A stretch of 64,000 nucleotides of DNA from an uncultured delta proteobacterium (GTDB lineage Bacteria; Myxococcota; Myxococcia; Myxococcales; Anaeromyxobacteraceae): assembly GCA_963814585.1 (NCBI GenBank), contig CAWFDF010000014.1, forward strand, positions 256,001 through 320,000, given 5' to 3'. Positions 57,534 through 64,000 of this stretch are shown here, in pieces. Made by a program: the position numbers and the translations under genes. Positions within the stretch are counted from its first letter, which is position 1, and every line of letters begins with the position of its first letter. The notes under the pieces were generated by a model. The model saw nothing but the letters and a program-made list of their open reading frames with translations, did no database searches and was not told where the DNA came from.

Positions 57534-58796
57534 ATGGAAGCTCCCCGTCTCGACGTCGAGATCGTCGGCGATCTCTGGAGCCTGGCCATCGCCCTGGCCG
57601 TCGGTCTCATCATCGGCGCCGAGCGCGAGCGCCGGAAGGGGGAGGGACCGGCGAGGGCGGCGGCGGGCATCCGCACCTTCGCCGCGGTGGGCGCCCTGGG
57701 CGGAGTGGCGAGCCTGCTCGGCGTCCCCGTCATCGCGGTGGGAGGGCTCTTCGTGGGGAGCGCCGCGATCGCGGCCTACGTGGTGGGTGACCGCACCGAC
57801 CCCGGGCTCACCACCGAGGTCTCGCTGGTCCTCTGCTACGCCCTGGGAGCCCTCTCGGCCACCCGGCCGGCCGTGGCCCTGGCGGCGGCGGTGGCCACCG
57901 CGGCGCTGCTGGCGGCCCGCGGCGACCTCCACCGCTTCATGCGGGACACCTTGAGCGAGCGGGAGCTGCGCGACGGCCTGGTGCTGGGCCTGTCGGCAAT
58001 CGTCATCCTCCCGCTCTTGCCCGACCGCTTCATGGGCCCCTATGCGGTCGTCAACCCCCACACCCTCTGGAGGCTCGCCGTCGTCATGATGGGACTCACG
58101 GCGGCGGGGTACGTCGCGCAGCGCGCCGTGGGGTCGAACCTGGGACTGGCGGTGGCGGGCCTGGCCGGCGGCTTCGTCTCGAGCGCGGCGACCATCAGCG
58201 CCATGGGGGCGCGGGCCAGGGAGAGCGAGGCGGTCCGCGCCGGGGCGGTCGCCGGGGCCACGGCCTCGACGGTGTCGACCTTCGTCCAGCTCGCGGTGGT
58301 CGTCACCCTGGCCGACCCGGCCGTGGCAAGCCGGGTGGCGTGGCCGCTGGCGTGCGGGGGCGTCACCGCCGCGGCCTGCTCCGGCTTCCGGGCCTGGCAC
58401 GCGGCCCGCGGGGGCGGTCCGCCGGCGGTGCGAGGCCGCGCCTTCCGCGTCCTCCCGGCCGTGCTCTTCGCCGGCCTGGTCGGCGCGGTGGGCGTCCTGG
58501 CGACGTTCGCCGAGTCACGCCTCGGGCAGGCCGCGGTGCCGGTGACGGCGGCCATCGCCGGACTCGCCGACGCGCACGCCTCGGCGGCCTCGGCCGCCTC
58601 GCTGCACGCGGCCGGACGCATCACCGAGTCGGTGGCGGTGCTCGGGGTCCTCCTGGCGCTCACGGCCAACACCCTCACCAAGGCGGTGCTGGCCTTCACC
58701 TCCGGCGACCGCCGGTTCGCCTGGCAGGTCACGCAGGGGCTGCTCCTCGTCCTGGCCGGGACCTGGGCACCCCTGCTCGCCGGTCTCAGGCCCTGA
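57534..58796 (+). CDS. MgtC/SapB plus DUF4010 membrane protein
   Basis: GLIIGAERE, AGIRTF, GLTTE, GGFVSSAAT and ANTLTK. Confidence 0.88.
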   Translation: MEAPRLDVEIVGDLWSLAIALAVGLIIGAERERRKGEGPARAAAGIRTFAAVGALGGVASLLGVPVIAVGGLFVGSAAIAAYVVGDRTDPGLTTEVSLVLCYALGALSATRPAVALAAAVATAALLAARGDLHRFMRDTLSERELRDGLVLGLSAIVILPLLPDRFMGPYAVVNPHTLWRLAVVMMGLTAAGYVAQRAVGSNLGLAVAGLAGGFVSSAATISAMGARARESEAVRAGAVAGATASTVSTFVQLAVVVTLADPAVASRVAWPLACGGVTAAACSGFRAWHAARGGGPPAVRGRAFRVLPAVLFAGLVGAVGVLATFAESRLGQAAVPVTAAIAGLADAHASAASAASLHAAGRITESVAVLGVLLALTANTLTKAVLAFTSGDRRFAWQVTQGLLLVLAGTWAPLLAGLRP

Positions 58797-58861
58797 CTCG
58801 CCGGGACGCCGTGGGCCCGCTCAGCCTGGCCGGCCTTCGCCGGTGCGTGCCGGGCGTCCGC

Positions 58862-59224
58862 TCACCGCCGCGTGCCCAGCGAATCCCGGTCCTTCTCCAG
58901 CGCCTCGAGGGTGCCGGCGAACAGGCGCGGCCCGCTCCTGGCCCTCCAGGCGAGCGCCGCCAGCGCCAGCAGGCCGCCGCCCAGGAAGAACCCGGTGAGG
59001 AGCCCCAGCACCAGCATCCGGTTGGTGTCCCAGTAGGCCACCACCAGCCAGAACGCCCCCATCACCACCCCCAGGCCGAGGCAGAGGAACGCGACCGCCC
59101 CGAGGAGGAGGATGGAGAGGAAGCGGAGCTTGGCCTCCTCGACGTCGAGCGAGATGAGCTCCAGGCGGCCGCGGACGAGCTCCACCACGGTGCGGGCAAG
59201 CCGCTTGAGCGAGGCGACAATCAT
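58862..59224 (-). CDS. YqjE-like membrane protein
   Basis: RLELISLDVEE, two TM helices and TLEALEKDR; follows a DUF883 gene. Confidence 0.82.
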   Translation of the reverse strand: MIVASLKRLARTVVELVRGRLELISLDVEEAKLRFLSILLLGAVAFLCLGLGVVMGAFWLVVAYWDTNRMLVLGLLTGFFLGGGLLALAALAWRARSGPRLFAGTLEALEKDRDSLGTRR

Positions 59225-59231
59225 CCCCGGG

Positions 59232-59543
59232 CTACTTCCGGCTCAGCAGCCAGCCGAGGACGAACCCCACCCCGGCGCCGATGCCGACCGCCTGCCACGG
59301 GTTCTCGTGCACGTAGGTGTCGGTGGCCTTGGCGGCGGCCTTGGCCTTCTCCACCCCGACCTCGCTCAGCTCGGCCAGGCGCGCCCGGGCGGTGCGCAGG
59401 CTCTCCTCGGCGCGGGCGCGCGCGGCGAGGATCTTCTCCCCCGCCTGCCCGGCGGTGGCATGGAGCAAGCCTTCGGTGTCGTCGATCACCGCCCTCAGGT
59501 CGGCGGCGAGCCTCTCTCGGAGGATGTCGGTCTCGGTGGTCAT
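59232..59543 (-). CDS. DUF883 (ElaB/YqjD) family protein
   Basis: YVHENPWQAVGIGAGVGFVLGWLLSRK. Confidence 0.92.
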   Translation of the reverse strand: MTTETDILRERLAADLRAVIDDTEGLLHATAGQAGEKILAARARAEESLRTARARLAELSEVGVEKAKAAAKATDTYVHENPWQAVGIGAGVGFVLGWLLSRK

Positions 59544-59822
59544 CGGGCCCTCCTGGATCAGGTCAGCAGCGGGAGTCTATCAGCCCCGTGACTTCAGGTT
59601 GAGCGACCTACCCGAGATCCCATCGCACGGGCGATGGGCCGCACCCGCTTGGGGCCGCAAGCCACGCGGCCTCGGTGGGGCCCTCCCTGGTGCTCGGCCA
59701 CGGGCGCGCCCGACGGCGGCGAACGCCCGTGCGTCGAATGGCACGCCGGGCGCGATCCGGTTATGACAGCCGGGCGGCCCGCGTCCGTTCAGCCACGGGG
59801 AAGGCAGCCAGAAGGTGACTCG

Positions 59823-60791
59823 TTGACGAACGCCATCGAGACCCACGGGCTGGCGAAGGCCTTCGGGAGCACGCGCGCGCTGGACGGGGTGGACCTGCGC
59901 ATCCGGCAGGGCTCCGTGTACGGCCTGCTGGGCCCCAACGGCGCGGGCAAGACCACCACGATCCGCATCCTGGCCACCCTCCTCAAGCCAACGGCCGGCA
60001 CGGCGACCGTGCTGGGCCACGACGTCGTCCGCGAGGCGAAGTCCGTCCGGCAACGGGTGAGCCTGACCGGGCAGTACGCCTCGGTGGACGAGGATCTCAC
60101 CGGCCAGGAGAACCTCGTGCTGGTGGGGCGGCTGCTCGGCCTGGCCTGGCGCGATGCGCGACGGCGCGCGGCGGAGCTGCTCGAGGCGTTCGGCCTGGCC
60201 GACGCCGCGGGGCGCCAGGTCCTGACCTACTCCGGCGGGGAGCGGCGGCGCATCGACATCGCGGCCAGCCTCGTGACCATCCCGGACGTCCTCTTCCTCG
60301 ACGAGCCGACCACCGGCCTCGATCCGCGCAGCCGCACCCAGGTGTGGGAGCTGGTGCGCCGCATCGCCGACGCGGGGACCACGGTGCTCCTGACCACGCA
60401 GTACCTGGACGAGGCGGATCGGCTCGCCGAGCGGCTCGCGGTCATCGACCATGGGCGCGTCATCGCCGAGGGCTCGAGCCGGGAGCTCAAGGCGTCGGTG
60501 GGCGCCAACACGCTGCACCTGCAGCTGGCCCAGGGAGGCCAGCGTGCCCTGGCGCAACAGGTGGTGTCCCGGGTCCTGGGTGACGGCGTCCTGCCGGGGA
60601 CCGGACCGACGGACGTGACCGCTCGCCTGGAGGGCGCGGCGCAGGCCGCCGCCGTCCTCGCGGCGCTGGCCGAGAGCCGCGTGGAGGTGGCGCAGTTCTC
60701 GGTGGGGAGTCCCAGCCTGGACGAGGTCTTCCTGGCGCTGACGGGCCGTGCCGCGGAGGCCGCGGCTCCCGAGGCCGGGGCCGAGCCATGA
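59823..60791 (+). CDS. DrrA-type ABC exporter ATP-binding protein
   Basis: [29 protein letters not shown] and [10 protein letters not shown]. The TTG start is uncertain. Confidence 0.9.
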   Translation: MTNAIETHGLAKAFGSTRALDGVDLRIRQGSVYGLLGPNGAGKTTTIRILATLLKPTAGTATVLGHDVVREAKSVRQRVSLTGQYASVDEDLTGQENLVLVGRLLGLAWRDARRRAAELLEAFGLADAAGRQVLTYSGGERRRIDIAASLVTIPDVLFLDEPTTGLDPRSRTQVWELVRRIADAGTTVLLTTQYLDEADRLAERLAVIDHGRVIAEGSSRELKASVGANTLHLQLAQGGQRALAQQVVSRVLGDGVLPGTGPTDVTARLEGAAQAAAVLAALAESRVEVAQFSVGSPSLDEVFLALTGRAAEAAAPEAGAEP

Positions 60792-61591
60792 CCCCGGCCC
60801 ACCAGGTCCTCGCCATCCGGGCGCGCCCGCCACCGGCGTCCGCGCTGTCCGCCGGGCTGACGCTCGGCTGGCGAGCCATGCTGAAGATCAAGCACGTGCC
60901 CTTCCAGCTCTTCGACGTGACGGTCACGCCGATCATGTTCACGCTGCTGTTCACCTGGGTCTTCGGCGGCGCGCTGGCCGGCACGCCGCGCGAGTACGTC
61001 CAGTACCTGCTGCCGGGCATCGTGGTCCAGACGGTCGTGTTCATCACCGTGTACACGGGCGTGGGACTGAACACGGACCTGCGCAAGGGGCTGCACGACC
61101 GCTTCCGCTCGCTGCCCATGTGGCAGGGGGCTCCCATCTTCGGCGCCCTGATCGGGGACGTGTTCCGCTACTCCGTCGCCTCGCTCCTGATCCTGGTGGT
61201 GGGCTTCATCCTGGGGTTTCAGCCCCGGGGCGGTGCGCTGGGGGTGCTGCTCGCCGTGCTCCTGGTCATCGCGTTCTGCTCGGCCCTGGCCTGGCTCTGG
61301 ATCATCGTGGCCATGCTGGTCAGGACCCCCGAGTCGGTCATGACGACGAGCTTCGCCTTCCTCATGCCGCTCACCTTCGCGAGCGACATCTTCGTCGACC
61401 TGTCGACCATGCCCGGCTGGCTGCAGGCGTTCGTGAGCCGAAACCCGGTCACCCTCCTGGCGAGCGCGTCGCGCAAGCTCATGCACGGGCAGCCTGCCTG
61501 GGCCGACGCCGGCTGGGTGCTGGCGGCGTCGGCGCTCGTCTTCGTCCTGGCGGCGCCGGTCGCCATGCGGCTGTACCGAAAGGAGCGGTGA
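60788..61591 (+). CDS. DrrB-type ABC-2 permease
   Basis: YLLPGI, DRFRSLP and MPGWLQ..NPVT. Confidence 0.9.
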   Translation: MTPAHQVLAIRARPPPASALSAGLTLGWRAMLKIKHVPFQLFDVTVTPIMFTLLFTWVFGGALAGTPREYVQYLLPGIVVQTVVFITVYTGVGLNTDLRKGLHDRFRSLPMWQGAPIFGALIGDVFRYSVASLLILVVGFILGFQPRGGALGVLLAVLLVIAFCSALAWLWIIVAMLVRTPESVMTTSFAFLMPLTFASDIFVDLSTMPGWLQAFVSRNPVTLLASASRKLMHGQPAWADAGWVLAASALVFVLAAPVAMRLYRKER

Positions 61592-61751
61592 GCCTGCCTC
61601 ACGGACCCTCCCCGCGGCCAGAGCGCCAGACCGGGCCAGCGAGGTTCTCCACCCAAAGGTCGGCGCCGCCACGTGGAGGCGCCTCCCGGCCGGGCGAGAC
61701 GTCTCCGCCGATGCTGGGTTTGGTGATCCACGGCCCGACCCGCTGACTGGC

Positions 61752-62750
61752 TCAGCGCGGATGGATCAGCTTCCAGTCGTCCTTCATGCTCACCACGGTC
61801 CAGCCTCTCCTCGCGGCCTCGTCGAGCCCCTGGTCGAGGCGGCCGACGCTGGACGTCCGGTCGTAGGCCCACTCGCGCGCTGCGTCGTCGTGGTGGACGT
61901 AGAGGCAGAACGTCGGACTCCGGCCGGCCGCGGTCCACTGCAACATCTGCAGGTCGCCGTCGGAGTTGCCAAAGGCGGCGATGGGGCGGCGCCCGATCGC
62001 CTGCTGGATGCCGACCGGCTTGCCGGCCTTGTCGTCGTTGAAGTTGACCTCGGGGAGCCGCAGGAGCACTGGCACGCCATCGCGCAGCTCGAACCTGGTC
62101 TTGATGCTGCTGCCGATGATCTGCTCGGGCGGGATGCCGTACACCTGCTCCGCCCAGGGCCGCATGAACTCGACGCCGCCTCCGGAGACCAAGAAGGTCT
62201 TGAACCCGCTGGCCCTGAGGTAGGCGAGCAGCTCCAGCATGGGCTGGTAGACCATCGCGGTGTAGGGCCTCGCCGTCGTCGGGTGCCGGGCGGTGGCGAT
62301 CCAGGCCTTGACCGTCTTCTCGAACTCCTCGGTGGTCATGCCGGCGTGGGTCGCCATCAGGATCTCGACCAGGGCTCGCTCACCACCGGCCAGCGCTCCC
62401 TTCACGTCGCCCTTCAGCAGCGAGGCGAAGGGTTCCCTGGACTTCCACTCGGGATGCTGCGGGGCCAGGGCCTTGACCCGGTCGAGGGCGAAGAACACCT
62501 GGACGTACATGGGCTGCTCGGCCCAGAGCGTCCCGTCGTTGTCGAAGGTGGCGATCCGCTCGGCGGCCGGGACGAAGCCTGGCGACCCGGCCGTCGTCAC
62601 CTTCTCGACGAAGGCGACGATGGCCCTCCTGGAGGCGCCGTCGTTCCAGGACGGGAGGGGATCGGCTGCCACGACAACGGCCGGCGCTCCGAGCGCCACG
62701 AAGGCGGCCAGCGTGGCGAGCACGGTGCGGCGGTCGGGTCCTGGGCTCAT
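61752..62750 (-). CDS. Exported HAD-family hydrolase
   Basis: DRRTVL signal, FDNDGTLWAE, VSGGG and FGNSDGD. Confidence 0.88.
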   Translation of the reverse strand: MSPGPDRRTVLATLAAFVALGAPAVVVAADPLPSWNDGASRRAIVAFVEKVTTAGSPGFVPAAERIATFDNDGTLWAEQPMYVQVFFALDRVKALAPQHPEWKSREPFASLLKGDVKGALAGGERALVEILMATHAGMTTEEFEKTVKAWIATARHPTTARPYTAMVYQPMLELLAYLRASGFKTFLVSGGGVEFMRPWAEQVYGIPPEQIIGSSIKTRFELRDGVPVLLRLPEVNFNDDKAGKPVGIQQAIGRRPIAAFGNSDGDLQMLQWTAAGRSPTFCLYVHHDDAAREWAYDRTSSVGRLDQGLDEAARRGWTVVSMKDDWKLIHPR

Positions 62751-62910
62751 GGCCTCCTCGGTCACAGGAGCGCCGGGGGCGCCCGGGCCAGCGTGTCGTC
62801 CTCGCCCCCTGGCAGGGCCATCGACCAGGAGGTCATGAATCAGAGACAAGCAGCACCCTCGACGCCGGGTGCTGCCCGTCCTGGACCCTGCGCCATGCTT
62901 CGCGTCGGCG

Positions 62911-63999
62911 TCAGTTGCTGCCCTTCTGCGGGGCGCTCATGGACTCCATCACCCGGTCGAGGCTGAAGCTGCCGGGCTTCATGCGCGGCGGGAACTCGCG
63001 GAAGCTCTGCAGCCAATTTCCGACGTAGGCGCCGGCCGGCGCCAGCACGAACATGCGCTCGGCGGACCACTGAGGGTGACCCGTCGACTCGTCCGACGCG
63101 CGCTCGAAGGGGTCCATCCTGAGGTTGGTGAGCATCGGCCAGCGGAGCTCCTCGAACTGGGTCTCCCAGACCTTGATGCCTACCGAGTTCTGCCGCAGGA
63201 AGCTGATCTTCCAGTCGTTGAAGCGGAGGGCCGCGACGCTGCCTCCGTCGGTCCAGTAGAGGAACTCGTGGCGGGGCCACTCGCCCTCGCCCTTGAGCGC
63301 GGGCATGAGGTTGTAGCCATCCAGGTGGACCCTGTAGGTCATGGCGCCGACCGTCTTGCCCTTGAGCAGCGCCTCCTTGACCGCAGGATCACCCGCCGCG
63401 GCGAGCAGGGTGGGCATCATGTCCTCGTGAGCCCCGATCTGGTTGCTCACCACGCCCGGCTTGATGACGCCTGGCCACCGGATGAGCGTCGGAGCGCGGA
63501 AGCCACCCTCCCACTGCGTGTTCTTCTCCCCGCGGAACATCGTGCTGCCGCCGTCGGGCCAGTTGAAGAACTCGGCACCATTGTCGCTGGAGTACATGAC
63601 GATGGTGTTGTCCTCGACCCCGAGCTTCTTCAGCTCGCCGAGCAGCTGGCCGACCATGGCATCGTGTTCGACCATGCCGTCGGCGTAGACGCCGTACCCG
63701 GTCCTTCCCTGTGACTCCTTCTTCAGATGCGTGAAGACGTGCATCCGGGTTGAGTTCCACCAGACGAAGAACGGCTTGTTGGTCTTCACGGCCTTGCCCA
63801 TGAACTGGATGGCGCCGGCGGTGACCTCCTCGTCAACCGTCTCCATGCGCTTCCTCGTCAGCGGGCCGGTGTCCTTGCAGGTCTGCTTGCCCATCTTGCC
63901 GAAGCGCGGGTCGTCGGTGGCATCGTCCTTGTCCGAGGCGAAACAATGCAGGACGCCGCGCGGGCCGAACTTCGCCCGGAAGGCCGGGGCCTTCGGGTA
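62911..63999 (-). CDS. Arylsulfatase, C-terminal part (start lies beyond the window)
   Basis: NSTRMH, SSDNG, FRGEKNTQWEGGFR, DGYNL and NLRMDPFE. The frame is open to the window end. Confidence 0.9.
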   Translation of the reverse strand, partial: YPKAPAFRAKFGPRGVLHCFASDKDDATDDPRFGKMGKQTCKDTGPLTRKRMETVDEEVTAGAIQFMGKAVKTNKPFFVWWNSTRMHVFTHLKKESQGRTGYGVYADGMVEHDAMVGQLLGELKKLGVEDNTIVMYSSDNGAEFFNWPDGGSTMFRGEKNTQWEGGFRAPTLIRWPGVIKPGVVSNQIGAHEDMMPTLLAAAGDPAVKEALLKGKTVGAMTYRVHLDGYNLMPALKGEGEWPRHEFLYWTDGGSVAALRFNDWKISFLRQNSVGIKVWETQFEELRWPMLTNLRMDPFERASDESTGHPQWSAERMFVLAPAGAYVGNWLQSFREFPPRMKPGSFSLDRVMESMSAPQKGSN

Positions 64000-64000
64000 G

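Noticed and set aside
58862..59224. Prophage remnant (YqjE is often labelled a phage holin family)
   Set aside because: It sits in the ordinary yqjD-yqjE arrangement with no phage genes nearby.

Overview
Very GC-rich bacterial chromosomal segment with an Anaeromyxobacter/Myxococcota-like gene content (taxon inferred from gene content, not searched). About 54 CDS are supported; I found no rRNA, tRNA, CRISPR array, integrase or transposase. Left to right: a putative biosynthetic cluster (MMPL transporter, two GNAT-like proteins, a GH3-family adenylating enzyme, two B12-binding radical SAM enzymes); glnS-YqeY; a System II cytochrome c maturation operon; DAHP synthase plus a PAS-GAF kinase; prfC; a decaheme MtrC/OmcA-type lipoprotein; a short asparaginase; a Zn-dependent ADH; CoA-disulfide reductase-rhodanese plus rhodanese; a RIO1 kinase with a Gln/Pro tail; a 181-bp MITE-like element; an orphan Imm8 gene; a sigma54/PrpR-like-controlled beta-oxidation operon; a highly divergent GlpX-like protein head-to-head with a phosphofructokinase; a purine nucleoside ABC transporter plus gpt; two tandem membrane-protein paralogues; a GMC oxidoreductase; yebC, yihY, serA-like, nhaR/terC; a DUF362/NapH-NapG-like module; MgtC-DUF4010; yqjD/yqjE; a DrrAB-type exporter; a HAD hydrolase; and a partial arylsulfatase. 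Four genes carry small frameshifts, mostly single duplicated bases, most simply read as sequencing errors. The best candidates for undescribed systems are the GH3/B12-radical SAM/GNAT/MMPL cluster (1-7271) and the GlpX-like/Pfk pair (35840-38871). All family calls come from motifs recognised by eye; no database search was run.
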